A program made the translations under genes and the position numbers. A stretch of DNA of 64,000 nucleotides from an uncultured delta proteobacterium (lineage in GTDB: Bacteria; Desulfobacterota; Binatia; Binatales; Binataceae), in contig CAWCDG010000003.1 of the NCBI GenBank assembly GCA_963794325.1, forward strand, positions 160,001-224,000. Direction: 5' to 3'. The notes under the pieces are model-generated. The model was given only the letters and a program-made list of their open reading frames with translations. It made no database searches and had not been told where the DNA came from. The number at the start of each line of letters is the position of its first letter. The first letter of the stretch is position 1. Below, one piece after another: positions 29,793 to 40,851 of this stretch.

Positions 29793-30909
29793 TCGGAAGG
29801 GTAGTTCCGCTCGATGGAGACTCCGACGCTACCATATAAAGGTTCTTCCCAGCACTCCCAGAAAGGTCCCTTGACGGTCGGGCGCCCAGGAACGGCGCAG
29901 CTTTCTGCGTCTGCCCAAGACTCGCGGGCGCGGGGCTTTGTGTCAGAATTCCGTGCGGAATCAGTATCAATTGATCCTGCGGGCCAGAAGCGTCTGCGGC
30001 ATTGAAGCACTGAAGCTCGATCGCCACCCAGTCTTGATTGAAGCCCAGAATAGGCATGTCGGGAAAAGGGTAACTTGGTTGTGGCGTTGAACATACGTTA
30101 GGAACTTTGTAGTAGTTCCAGCCTTGGGTCGCATCGGAAGTCTTGCTAAACGCGAAGTAGAGGTCTCCGTGGCTGTGGTCTGGAAAAGATTCTACAGACG
30201 CGAGCCACCTTTGTGCGTTGGGCTCAAACGCTATTTGCGTGTCAGAGAGAGTGTTGCTACCGGGCGAGTTCGCGGACCAAAAGCCAGTTAAGCCTGTTAA
30301 ACTTTTCGGATATCCCTGAGAAGCTCCCAACGGATTGCCGGACTTGTCGAAGATCCATATCGCGTCGTTCAACTGCTCTACTGCTTGCGACCCGGAGACA
30401 TCGCCCGCGACATCAGGTGGCTGATTAGCAGTGGTTGCGGGCGGAGAACTAGTACAAGTATCCCAAGTCCCTCCGGTAAATGGTGCTGGACTTGGGGGCG
30501 GGCCGACCACGCTCGCCTCGCTTAAAAGCGGTGCGAGGACGTTACTGTTGGAAGACGATCCGTCTGGAGTCGGTGTTGCGAGTGGTGAATTGTGAAATTG
30601 GGGCTGCGGACTCTCTAGTGGCGGTTCGGGCTGCTGATTCAAGCCCCACGACAAAGACATGCATGCCTCTGCCGCTGAATTGTCAAGAGGGCTGAATCGG
30701 ATGTGAGCTGCGTCCTTGTCTGCCAGCGCCTGACAACGACCCCGCGCAGCGTCCCAATCGTTCTGAGACCATCTGCCGGGCGCTTGGCTAGGAAGGCCGA
30801 TCGGAACATGAGGCAGGGGGGTCGGCTGCTGGGCGCTGGCGCTCATCGCGACCGCCGCTGCTCCAATCGCGAGAACAAACACTATTGAGGTGGGTTTTAC
30901 GAAGTTCAT
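29793..30909 (-). pseudogene. Secreted beta-rich protein truncated by a deletion junction
   Basis: Signal peptide, Pro-rich linker, PPDVAGDV...IFDKSG...FPDMPILG. Past about 29792 the ORF reads out of frame through the paralog fragment. GGAGG RBS. Confidence 0.6.
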
Positions 30910-31116
30910 GTTCCCTCCTTTTGCTTACGCACTGAAATGGCGATCAAGACGCATTTTGTTAGCTAGAAGTTAAGCTTTGTCTACCGAGAGTTAAGAACCG
31001 GATCGCGCTGAAAGTCAACCGAGAGTGTTACGAGCATATGAAAGCGTAGCGTCTGAGCACATGGTTTAGGGCATGGCGCGCCACTTCGACGCCGACGTAG
31101 CCGCGAGCCGACGCGC

Positions 31117-31866
31117 TCACCCTGCGTAGCAGTTGAACCTGAAGCTTGATTTGCCGCTGCGGATTTGGACGATGCGGGTTCTGATTTTTGGCGTGATGGG
31201 CAGGTCCGGGAATGCGACGATAAAGGCTTGGAGGCCTTCCGCGGTTCTTCCTGCGTCTTCGCAGGTGCAGATGCCTGAGAACAGTTCTGTCTCGAGGCTG
31301 TCGATTTCGCCTTGCGCTTCGGATGCATAGGCGTCGGGGTAGGTCGTGCGGAAGGTCAGCCAGCCGCGGTAGAGTTCGACCATCAGCTTTCCGTCGAAGC
31401 GGGTGCATCCGGATTCGTCGGTCTGTTGCTTGATGTAAGCGGGAAAGGGGCCGTTATCGTCGGGTTCGGTGCGCTGGTAGATATCGAAAAACGCGCGGTC
31501 CGCTTTGGTGCCCTGTCTGCGCGCGAGGCTTTTGAAGTAGTCGACGCTCGGACGCACGACTATCACCGCTTCCCGCACCACGATGAACCCCTGCATCTGG
31601 TGCTGGACTTCCTGATATTGCGATTCGCTGAGATCGGGCAGGACTGCCTGTATCTGCGGGCTCGCTTGCATGCCGGCCTCGAACACCGGCTCGATCGGCT
31701 GCTTTCCGCGCGAGGTTCGCAAGTCGTCCATCGCTGCCGCATATGATTCCACCGCAGGCTGGATGTCGCCGCCGGCAGCGCTCGCGTGAATCGCGAAACA
31801 TGAAACGGCAATCGCGACAAATAGCGCGCGGATGAGCGCGGCAGATGGAGTGATCGAAGTGAGCAA
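31117..31866 (-). CDS. Secreted hypothetical protein
   Basis: Signal peptide (IHASA), WPAY-like FPAYIKQQTDESGCTRF, Cys-containing C-terminus; a paralogous fragment lies nearby. Confidence 0.7.
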   Translation of the reverse strand: MLTSITPSAALIRALFVAIAVSCFAIHASAAGGDIQPAVESYAAAMDDLRTSRGKQPIEPVFEAGMQASPQIQAVLPDLSESQYQEVQHQMQGFIVVREAVIVVRPSVDYFKSLARRQGTKADRAFFDIYQRTEPDDNGPFPAYIKQQTDESGCTRFDGKLMVELYRGWLTFRTTYPDAYASEAQGEIDSLETELFSGICTCEDAGRTAEGLQAFIVAFPDLPITPKIRTRIVQIRSGKSSFRFNCYAG

Positions 31867-31921
31867 GCAACTTCGATCGCTAGCATCGAGATCGTACTGC
31901 GCGCAACATGCCGGCGCCTGG

Positions 31922-32236
31922 TTATTCCCTGGACGGCTGGAAGACGACCTCGACGTGATCGAGATAGCTGAGCAACTGGCGTGCGAGCGTAGTCACGGCG
32001 CCATCGTCGCGTATCGCGGCGGCGTTCTCGAGTGAGCGGCCAATTTCGGTCATCGCGTCGAAGCCGTAGCTGCCTCCTTCGCCCTTGACGCGATGCGCGA
32101 TGCGGCTGATCTCGGCGTAGTCGCGGCGCGTGACCGCGTCGAAAATCGTGTCGATATCGGTGCGTTTATGCGCCAGAAATCCCGGGATCAGGTCGCTGAG
32201 ATCCTGATCAACTTCCACAATTACTCGGTCCGGCAT
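31922..32236 (-). CDS. Hpt phosphotransfer protein
   Basis: IAHRVKGEGGSYGF (HxxKG motif). Confidence 0.9.
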   Translation of the reverse strand: MPDRVIVEVDQDLSDLIPGFLAHKRTDIDTIFDAVTRRDYAEISRIAHRVKGEGGSYGFDAMTEIGRSLENAAAIRDDGAVTTLARQLLSYLDHVEVVFQPSRE

Positions 32237-35200
32237 GTTTCCTCCTTGAGCCTTGTAACCTCAGTCGGTTCGTCATCCAGCATGTTCCCTTCTATTGCGT
32301 CGCGAATTCCCTCGAGCAGCGTCGATTTTTTGACCGGCTTGGTTATGTGCGCGTCGCATCCCGCCGCCTTGCTGCGATTCACCGCTTCTTCGAGCGCCGA
32401 TGCGGTAAGCGCCACGATGGGCGTGCGGCGGCGGCTGTTCGCCAGCTCCCAGGCTCGAATCGCCGAGGTCGCTTCGTAGCCGTCAACGTTCGGCATCTGG
32501 ATGTCCATCAGCACCAGGTCGAAATTGCCGGCGACAAATTTATCGATCGCATCCTGGCCATCTTCGGCTTCGACCAGGAGGTAGGGAGTCTTTTTCAGAT
32601 AGGCCCGAATCAGCGCGCGGTTATCGTTCGAATCGTCGGCCATCAGAATCTGCAATGGCCGATTGAGAATCGCCGATGACGCCGAGTGCGGGTCGATTGA
32701 TAGCGACGCGGGCCGGTCCCCGCGCAGGTTGTGCGCGCCAGCGCATGCTCGCGCGACCGCCGCGAACAACTCTGCGCGTCGCACCGGCTTGACTATGTAG
32801 TTGTCTATCCCGAGCGCGCGCAGGCGCGAGACCTCGCTGGTCAAGTCGCTGGTGCGCAGCATCATTACGATCTCCGGCCGTCCATGCCCCGCGGTGAAGA
32901 TCTGTTCCGCGAGATTGAACCCTCGCTGCAAGGGACTCGCGATGTCGAGCAGTACGACCTGGACGTGCGATCCCTGGAGCGCCGTCATCGCGTCTGTCGG
33001 CGACGACGCCTGGATTACCTGCGCCCCTTGCCCTTCGAGCAGTTCCGCGAGGATTGCCCGGCTGTCGGCGTTGTGATCGACGACGAGTATTCTGGCGTCG
33101 CCGAGTGCCTGCGCCTGCTGGACCGGAATGCTTTTCGCAACTCCGAACTGCGCGGTGAATGAAAATGCGCTGCCTGCTCCCGGCTCGCTCGCGACCGCGA
33201 CCTCGCCATGCATCAGCGCAACCAGCCGCGAGACGATCGCCAATCCGAGCCCGCTGCCGCCGTATTTTCGTGAGGTCGAAGAGTCGGCCTGGCTGAATGC
33301 CTTGAAGAGCAGGTGGCGCTGATCGGCGGGAACACCGATTCCGGTATCGGTGACCGTGAACTTGAGCATGCCCGCGATGGTCGAGTCCGGATCGCGCCCG
33401 ACCGACACGAGGACTTGTCCATGGTGGGTGAATTTGATCGCATTGCCGACCAGGTTGATCAGGATCTGGCCGAGTCGCAGCGAATCGCCCAGCACGACCT
33501 CGGGGACCTCCGGCGCAAACCGCACGATCAGCTCGAGGCCTTTCTCATGCGCGCGAATCGCCAGCGCCTCGAGCACCTTCTCGGTCTCGTCCTTGAGATT
33601 GAATTCGACCGCCTCGAGGCTGATCCGCCCACTCTCGACCTTGGCGAGGTCCAGGATGCTGTTGATCAATGCGAGCAGGGCGTGGCCGTTGCTGATAACG
33701 GTGCTCAAGTATCGTCGCTGCTCGTCGTCGAGCGCGGTTTCCATCAACTGATCGGACATTCCGAGTATTGAGTTCATTGGCGTGCGAATCTCGTGCGACA
33801 TGCTCGACAGGAACTCCGACTTGGCGCGCGACGCCGCCAGCGCCGCCTCGCGCGCGGCGACCAGCTCGCGGTGGGTCATTTTGACATCGGCGATATTCCG
33901 ACAGATCGTGAGGCAACACATCTCGCCGTGGAGTTCCAAGTTGATCGCCGAAAGGAGCACGGGCTGCTCCGATCCATCTTTCATCCGGAAAGCCACCTCG
34001 AGGTTTCTCACTTCGTTGGTCCGGGTGAGTTGGTCGGCGAAGCGAATCATTTCGTCGGGATGGATCCACAGGTTGAGCTCGGTGAAGTGATGGCCGATGG
34101 CCTCTTCGCGCGAGTAGCCGGTGGTCTTGATAAATTCCTGGTTGACATCGAGGTAGGTTCCAGTGATGCCGCCGAGCGTCATGCTGTCGAGGTTTGCGTC
34201 GAACAGTTTGCGGAAAGTCTCTTCGCTATCACTAAGGGCTTTCACGCTCTGTTCGAGCTTGTGCGAGGCTTCCCTGGCCGCCGTCATATCGCGAATCATC
34301 GTGACGACGCAGTCTTCGCCCTCGAGTTCGACGCGGACCGCGGACACCACCGCCGGCATCACGATCCCATCGGGCTTCAGGAAATCCGCTTCCATGTTGC
34401 GGACGACGCCGCCGGATGCGATCCGATCGCGAAACTCCTGATGCTGTCGCTCGTTTGCCCAGAGCTGGCGCTTGCCGATGCGGGAATCGTCGAGATCTTT
34501 TTGCTGATAGCCGATTCGCTCAAACTGCTGGTTGAAATCGACATAAGCGTTATCTGACAGTCGGGTCACCACGATAATGTCGAGCGTCGCGTCGAAGATC
34601 TTGCGCAGCGCCGCGTGACTGGCGCGCAGGCTGGTCTCGACGCGCTTTATCTCGGTGATGTCCCTGATCATCGAGATCACGCACGGCTCACCGTTCACTT
34701 CGATGGTCGAGGCCGAGATGAGATGTGTCTCGTCGTCGGTGCCGCCCTTGCGGCGCTGCACGGTCTCCATGTTCTTGACGCGACCGGTTTGCCTGAGGGT
34801 CTCGAGAAACCGGTTCATTTGCTCTTCATGCCGCCACATCCCGAGCTCGATCACGCTGGCCTTCATCACATCGTCGCGAGTGTAACCCGCCACCTGGTAC
34901 TCGTCGTTGACGGCAATGAAACGTCCGTCGACAAGGCTATTGACCGCGATATTGTCCGGCGACGCTTCGAACATTTTCCGCAGCATCGCCTCGCTCGCCT
35001 GCAGCCGGACGTGATCGCGTTCCAGCGCAGCCGCCGCTTCCGCGCGCAGATCCATTTCGCGCCTCAGCAGACGATCATTCTGCGCCAGTGCCGCGAATTG
35101 TTCGGCCAATTTCCGCCGATAGCGGACGCTAAGCACTGCACTCAGCTGCGACAACAGCGCCCCGCTCGCGAGCACCATCCAGGCGATCCCAATACGCGGA

Positions 35201-35829
35201 TTTGGGTCCGTGGTTTGCGACGAGTACGCCAGCAACCCGATCGCTCCAATCCCCTCGAGCGCCGCCTGGCATCGCGCGCTCCACGGAAGCAGGGTCCCTG
35301 CGCCAAAGAAAAACAACAGGAGCGACGCCACCAACACGTCGCTGTCGCGGTTGACCACCGCAATCGACGCCGTGCTCGCCAATAGCGACGAAAAGAGTAT
35401 CAGCGTGATTGCCCGCCAGTTCCGCATCGCGCGCGGCGAGAGCGTTGCGACGAGTGCAGCAAGGCCGAAGGTTACGCTCGCGATGTGAAGCGGGAGAGTG
35501 ATCGCAAACGTCTGCGGATACTCCCCGCCGTCAAGCGCCGTATATCCAATTTCAAAAGCTATTATCGCGTACAGGCACGCACGCAGTACCGGCGACACCA
35601 ATTCCGGATTGTCGTCGGCGACCGCGATGATGGTCACCCTATCGTCCCGACGCTGCGCCGGGTCGATCGCGATACCACCGGTTATCGGAGCCGAGTTGCC
35701 AACTCCATTGGGCACAATGGTGCCGTTGGTTGAAAGGCGCGCGTTACCGTCGCCAATCCACTCGGCCGACGGATCTGCCTGAAGGTCCACATTTGAGTAG
35801 CAAGCAATTCCAATGCCTCTGCGGAGCAT
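32221..35829 (-). CDS. Membrane hybrid histidine kinase (TM, 3 PAS, HisKA, HATPase, 2 REC); start uncertain
   Basis: SMSHEIRTPMN, NLVGNAIKFT, DTGIG, GGSGLGL, VLMDIQMP. Confidence 0.92.
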   Translation of the reverse strand: MLRRGIGIACYSNVDLQADPSAEWIGDGNARLSTNGTIVPNGVGNSAPITGGIAIDPAQRRDDRVTIIAVADDNPELVSPVLRACLYAIIAFEIGYTALDGGEYPQTFAITLPLHIASVTFGLAALVATLSPRAMRNWRAITLILFSSLLASTASIAVVNRDSDVLVASLLLFFFGAGTLLPWSARCQAALEGIGAIGLLAYSSQTTDPNPRIGIAWMVLASGALLSQLSAVLSVRYRRKLAEQFAALAQNDRLLRREMDLRAEAAAALERDHVRLQASEAMLRKMFEASPDNIAVNSLVDGRFIAVNDEYQVAGYTRDDVMKASVIELGMWRHEEQMNRFLETLRQTGRVKNMETVQRRKGGTDDETHLISASTIEVNGEPCVISMIRDITEIKRVETSLRASHAALRKIFDATLDIIVVTRLSDNAYVDFNQQFERIGYQQKDLDDSRIGKRQLWANERQHQEFRDRIASGGVVRNMEADFLKPDGIVMPAVVSAVRVELEGEDCVVTMIRDMTAAREASHKLEQSVKALSDSEETFRKLFDANLDSMTLGGITGTYLDVNQEFIKTTGYSREEAIGHHFTELNLWIHPDEMIRFADQLTRTNEVRNLEVAFRMKDGSEQPVLLSAINLELHGEMCCLTICRNIADVKMTHRELVAAREAALAASRAKSEFLSSMSHEIRTPMNSILGMSDQLMETALDDEQRRYLSTVISNGHALLALINSILDLAKVESGRISLEAVEFNLKDETEKVLEALAIRAHEKGLELIVRFAPEVPEVVLGDSLRLGQILINLVGNAIKFTHHGQVLVSVGRDPDSTIAGMLKFTVTDTGIGVPADQRHLLFKAFSQADSSTSRKYGGSGLGLAIVSRLVALMHGEVAVASEPGAGSAFSFTAQFGVAKSIPVQQAQALGDARILVVDHNADSRAILAELLEGQGAQVIQASSPTDAMTALQGSHVQVVLLDIASPLQRGFNLAEQIFTAGHGRPEIVMMLRTSDLTSEVSRLRALGIDNYIVKPVRRAELFAAVARACAGAHNLRGDRPASLSIDPHSASSAILNRPLQILMADDSNDNRALIRAYLKKTPYLLVEAEDGQDAIDKFVAGNFDLVLMDIQMPNVDGYEATSAIRAWELANSRRRTPIVALTASALEEAVNRSKAAGCDAHITKPVKKSTLLEGIRDAIEGNMLDDEPTEVTRLKEETCRTE

Positions 35830-35913
35830 TGCGACGATTTGCTATTGCAGCTTGGGGTTGGCTGCGGTCGTCGAATTTTTGTCGTGTCGCGCCGGGTGTC
35901 CCAAAATGCGGCG

Positions 35914-37080
35914 TCAGCGGTCGCTGCCGCCTAGCGCGGTCTCGAAATCCTCGAGCAGGTCGTCGCTCGATTCGAGGCCTACCGACAGCCGCACCAAGCC
36001 GTCGCCGATTCCGGCCCGCGCGCGCTCCGTCGCCGACATGCCCGAGTGCGAAGTCGTTGAAGGCCGCGTGATCAGAGTCTCGACGCCGCCGAGACTGGGC
36101 GCGCTGATCGGGATCGTCACGCGCTCCATGAAGCAGTCAGCCGCATCGAGGCCGCCCTCGAGCTCGAAGCTCAGCACGCCGCCGAAGCCGTCGAACAGTT
36201 CGCACGCGCGGAGGTGATTCGAATGGCTCTCGAGGCCGGGATAGTTAACCCGCGCGATTGCGCGATGCTGCTCGAGCCATCGCGCAATCTTGAGCGCGCT
36301 CTCATTCTGATGACGGACGCGCACGCCGAGCGTTTTCATCCCGCGATGCAGCAGAAAGCAAGCGTGCGGATCGAGCGTCCCGCCAAGATGGTTCAGCGTA
36401 TGGGTTATGCGCTCGACGAGGTCCGCGCGTCCGATCACGGCGCCGGCCACGATGTCGGTGTGCCCGTTGAGGTACTTGGTGCCGCTATGCAGCGAGAGAT
36501 CAAAGCCGATTTCCGCGGGACGAAAATTAATCGGGCTCGCGAAGGTGTTATCGATGATCGAGAGGAGCCCATTCCCGGCTGCGAAATCCACTGCCGCTTG
36601 CAAGTCGCTGACTTGCAGCAACGGATTGGACATCGCCTCGACGTAGATCGCCTTGGTGTTGGGACGAAGCGCCTCGCGCCATGTAGCCGGCTCGTCACCG
36701 TCGATGAAATCAACCGAGAGCCCGTAGCGCGGGAACTCCTCGACGAACAGATCGTGGGTGCCGCCGTAAACGCAGTCCTGCGCAATCAGATGTCCGCCGC
36801 CGGCGAGCACGGTGAGCAGCGTCGCCGAAATCGCCGCCATCCCGCTGCCCGCCACCAGCGCCGCCTCCGCGTTCTCGAGCGCCGCCAGCTTGGCGTGCAG
36901 CACCGCGTGATTGGGCGTGTTGTTCAGGCGGATGTAGCGCAAGTCGTGGTAGTTGGTCTGCCCCGCGTACTCGTAGGTCGAGGATTGAAAGATAGGCATC
37001 GTGACCGCGCCTGCGATCAACGGTTCCGGCTCGCCTGCATGAATCAGCTTCGTGTCGAGTCCCTTGATAAGTCGCGCCAT
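35914..37080 (-). CDS. PLP-dependent Cys/Met metabolism enzyme (cystathionine/methionine gamma-lyase family)
   Basis: PIFQSSTY, SGMAAI, DNTFASP, HSGTKYLNGH, SLGGVE, RLSVGLE. Confidence 0.92.
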   Translation of the reverse strand: MARLIKGLDTKLIHAGEPEPLIAGAVTMPIFQSSTYEYAGQTNYHDLRYIRLNNTPNHAVLHAKLAALENAEAALVAGSGMAAISATLLTVLAGGGHLIAQDCVYGGTHDLFVEEFPRYGLSVDFIDGDEPATWREALRPNTKAIYVEAMSNPLLQVSDLQAAVDFAAGNGLLSIIDNTFASPINFRPAEIGFDLSLHSGTKYLNGHTDIVAGAVIGRADLVERITHTLNHLGGTLDPHACFLLHRGMKTLGVRVRHQNESALKIARWLEQHRAIARVNYPGLESHSNHLRACELFDGFGGVLSFELEGGLDAADCFMERVTIPISAPSLGGVETLITRPSTTSHSGMSATERARAGIGDGLVRLSVGLESSDDLLEDFETALGGSDR

Positions 37081-37116
37081 GCTGCCTCCGCAGCACGACA
37101 TTTATCACCCGGCGCG

Positions 37117-38658
37117 TCAGGGAAAATAGGTGTCGGCTGGCTTACCGTCGATGCCAGCGACGTTGCCGACGACTGGTTGCTGGCCGGGCAGGGCGTTGCG
37201 TCCGAACAGCGCCGCAGTTTGATCGCTATATAGTAGATGCCAGCGCGGGTCTTTTCTCACCACGTCGGCGCCCTTGTCGTGCACTCCCATCAGCACGTAG
37301 TCGTGGGGGTAGGCGTCGAGCAGTTTATCCGCGCCGTCCATTCCATAGAAAAAAATCGCGTAGTCGCCTTCCTGCTTGTCGGTGTAAACCAGCTCGCCGC
37401 GCGGATCGATATAGACCTTGAAAGCGTCACCCATGTGCCAGAGGACGTAGGAGCCCCATTCGAACTGGGGAAGGATATTGCCGTGAAGTTTGTGCTGCTG
37501 CATGAACGCGAGCGCGCCGGTGGGCATCGGCTTCCAGGTTCTGAGCCGATTCGAGAAGGTTCCACCGACCAGCGCAAGTGCAATCGCGCAGACGGCCAGC
37601 AGAGCCGCAGGCTCGTTCTCGCCGGCCGGCGCGGGAGGTTGGATCTCGCCTCTTCGCGCTAACGCGAGACTGGCATGACGCGCCAGGGGAATCGCGACTG
37701 CGATCACCCCGACCGCCACGTTGCGCGCGGCATAGAAGGCGGCGCCGATGAAGATCGCCGCGACTGCGATTAGCGGCGCGTCCTCGACGTGGGGAGCGAT
37801 CGCAACTGCCACGACAAAACCGCCAAACATCAGCATCGGCGCCACGTACTGAAGCAATTCCGTCGGAGAGCTCCGCCAATTGGAAAGCATCATCGTCGGC
37901 AGAGGCACCCAGTCAGCGATCACTTTTCTAATCAGCGGGTCGCCGACCGAATGCGCCACTCCGGTCCACAAGCCTACGCCGAACGGATTGATAATCGTGG
38001 CCGCCGCGCATCCGAGCGTGATCAAGGCGAGCCGCCATCCCGACGCGATGCGGCCGGCGTCGCCAAGCCATCCCTGGACGAACATGATCGCAGCTGCGAT
38101 ACCCATCGCGCCGAGGCCGACGATGTAACCGCCGTGAAAATTGGCCCACAACGCGAACATCGGAATCAGCGGCCACAGGATTGCGCGGCCGCGATAGACC
38201 TCGATCGCAAGCGCCATCATCACGAGGCTTATCATCATGAAAGTGAAGAGCTGCGGCCGAAATTGCATCTGAGTCGAGATCGCGACGGCGCTGAGAATGA
38301 GCGTGAGACGCTGTACTCGCGCTGAAGCGCGGGTCGCGGAGATCCCGACCGCCAGAGCGATGATCAAGATGCTCGAGCAGATCACTTTCAGGAGCTTCAG
38401 GCCGAAGACGCCGAGATGCGCATAGAAAAATGCCAGCGCCACCTGCGACAGCCATTCGTGATTGTGCCACACTGCCCCGGCCGCGCTGTAAGAGTAAGTG
38501 TCGAAGCGCGGGATGTGACCGGTGCGCAGAGTCGTCTGCCCGGTAAGCATATGAATCCACAGGTCGGGCTCGGCAAAATTGTCGGCCGTCGCCAGTGCGA
38601 TCGACACGATTACCGTCCATCGTGCCGCGGAAAGTAGCGAGTAGCGCTGACTCTTCAA
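37117..38658 (-). CDS. Polytopic membrane protein, GT-C-like
   Basis: EPDLWIH...W.NHEWL, RPQLFTF, LWANFHGG, INPFG, YIDPR; many TM segments. Confidence 0.7.
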   Translation of the reverse strand: MKSQRYSLLSAARWTVIVSIALATADNFAEPDLWIHMLTGQTTLRTGHIPRFDTYSYSAAGAVWHNHEWLSQVALAFFYAHLGVFGLKLLKVICSSILIIALAVGISATRASARVQRLTLILSAVAISTQMQFRPQLFTFMMISLVMMALAIEVYRGRAILWPLIPMFALWANFHGGYIVGLGAMGIAAAIMFVQGWLGDAGRIASGWRLALITLGCAAATIINPFGVGLWTGVAHSVGDPLIRKVIADWVPLPTMMLSNWRSSPTELLQYVAPMLMFGGFVVAVAIAPHVEDAPLIAVAAIFIGAAFYAARNVAVGVIAVAIPLARHASLALARRGEIQPPAPAGENEPAALLAVCAIALALVGGTFSNRLRTWKPMPTGALAFMQQHKLHGNILPQFEWGSYVLWHMGDAFKVYIDPRGELVYTDKQEGDYAIFFYGMDGADKLLDAYPHDYVLMGVHDKGADVVRKDPRWHLLYSDQTAALFGRNALPGQQPVVGNVAGIDGKPADTYFP

Positions 38659-38750
38659 CGACGTGCGAGTGAATCATCGGCGATGCGCTTCCGCAATAGC
38701 CCACCGCCAGCGTACTTTCACAGCCTCGATCGCGCCGGTAGTCTAATCGC

Positions 38751-40052
38751 GTGAAATCTCCCGTAATCGGCGGCGACTTGGATCCTGCGTCGAGTCCGGG
38801 CGTGGCCGGCGCGAACGGCTCCCCGCCTCCAAACCGGGAGGGGGCTTTCATCGGCGGGTTAAGAGAGGCCAGCTGGATCAATTCCGAGCGCATCCGCGTT
38901 TACGCCCGTATGCTCTGTGCGTGCTACCTGGCACTTTTCGTGGCCTGGTTGGTACTGAGGCCGGGCGGAATCCTGGCGACCTTGCAACCGGTCGGTGGCG
39001 ACTTTCCACCTTATTGGGCAGCTTCTTCGCTGGCGCTGCGCGGACATCCTGCGGCGGTGTACGATCACCGAAGCTGGACGCCGTCGAGAAAGCGGTGATG
39101 AGGGGCAAAGGTCCGGGCTTCCAGCCATTCTTGTAGTCCGCCCATATTCCTCGTGATAGTGCTCCCGCTCGCGATGCTTCCGTACAATGGCGCGCTGATC
39201 GCGTGGACGCTGGTCGGGGTGGCGGCCTATCTAATCGTAGTGCGGAAGATCGCGCCTGAACGCGATACGCTCTGGGTCGCTCTCGCATTTCCAGGCGCCC
39301 TGCTAACTATTCTCGACGGACAGAACGGCCTGATAACCGCGGCGTTGTTCGGAGGCGGATTATTGCTGCTGGAACGCCGCCCGTGGATCGCTGGCGCGCT
39401 GTTCGGACTCCTATGCTACAAGCCGCAGTTCGGTATCCTGTTACCTGTGGCTTTGGTAGCAGGGCGCCAATGGCGAGCTGCTACCGCCGCGGCGCTGGTG
39501 GTGTCCGCGTTGGTGGTACTCTCGGCCGCGTTGTTCGGGATGCAGACCTGGCGAGCGTTCATGGACGGCATCCCGTTAGCGACCCACAGCATGATGGGTC
39601 AAGGCGACGTCGGATTCGGCAAGCTTCAGAGCATCTTCGGCGCGGCGAGACAGTGGGGTGCATCGGCCGCGGTCGGTTACGCGATGCAAGCAATTGTCGG
39701 CTTGCTCACGGCGGGCGCGGTGCTCTGGATCTGGCTCAAGTCTGGCAGATTTCCAGCCAAAGCCGCGGCGTTGGTCACTGGAACCCTGCTGGTCACGCCG
39801 TATCTGCTCGACTACGACCTGGTGCTGCTGGCGCTGCCCATAGCGTGGCTGTCGTGGGACGCGATGAACTCGGGTTTCCTCCCATTGGAAAAATCGATCT
39901 TGTTTCTCATATGGTTGTTTCCACTGTTCGCCCGAGCGCTGAGCCTGCTCGCGTCGTTGCCGCTGACGCCATTGCTGCTCGCGCTGCTGATGGTTGCCAT
40001 CGTCCGGCGCAGCTCGGTGGTAACGAGTCCCGCCAGCATATCGACTGAGTAA
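38751..40052 (+). CDS. GT87/DUF2029 glycosyltransferase, disrupted (indels near 39070 and 39134)
   Basis: GGDFPPYWAA; PFL*SA where FxYPP is expected; GQNGL, YKPQFG, TPYLLDYDL. Confidence 0.75.
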
Positions 40053-40129
40053 CAACGAAGGTGCATGCAGGCGACCATGCACTATCGTGATCCTGAATCA
40101 GATTACAAACCGTCAAGGTTTTTTTTGCG

Positions 40130-40848
40130 CCACCAGCAACAGCGAGACGCCGAAAGGCACAGAGAAGTGGCCGAGCGCATACCGCTCGCTCGATGAACAC
40201 GGTTCGCAGGAGCGAATTGACAAAGCCGGAGTGGGCGCGGAGGTCGTGCTCATGCTGCGGGCTCGATTTGCGCAAACGGCCCAGCAGACGTCCCGCCGCG
40301 ATCACCGGAAATAACAGGAAGTTGTAGTAACTGAGATAAGCTACGGCATAGCCGGAGCGCTCGAAAAGCGCGCGCAGATCGCTCGCTACATACCGTCGTT
40401 GGTGGTGGTGCGTGACGTCATGCGAGCTCCACAGCCAGGAGAACGCGGGGACGGTCGCCAGCAGCCACCGCCCGGCTTAGCCGATCGCGAAGAGCGACTA
40501 GCGCTTCCTGATCGCGATCGAGATGCTCCAAAACATCGGTCATCACGAACAAATCGAAGCGGACACTCTCGAACGGAATTCGATCGGGCAGTTGGCCCGG
40601 CTCGACAATCGCGGTTCTTCTCGCGCTGGAAAATCTGCATGCCTCGAGGTCGGAGTCCATCGCGTAGACCTCGCCAAGCGAGCTAACATCGCGAGGTTGC
40701 CGCCAGTGCCGCAGCCCGGCTCGAGAATGCGGGCGCCCGTGGACAAGCCCAGGCGCGACAGTGCGCTTCCGACAATCGCCCGGCGGGAACAAAACCACCA
40801 GTGACTGTCTTCAACTCGCGCCATCAGCGGATAGAGATTGGAGTCCAC
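40130..40848 (-). pseudogene. Class I SAM methyltransferase with multiple frameshifts
   Basis: EDSHWWF, LEPGCGTGGN; DVLEHL; TVPAF..LWS.HD spread over several frames; 3' end approximate. Confidence 0.7.
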
Positions 40849-40851
40849 GCG

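Noticed and set aside
39134-39136. In-frame TAG in the GT87 gene as pyrrolysine or readthrough
   Set aside because: Removing one base restores the conserved TAT CCG CCC (YPP), so this is an indel rather than recoding
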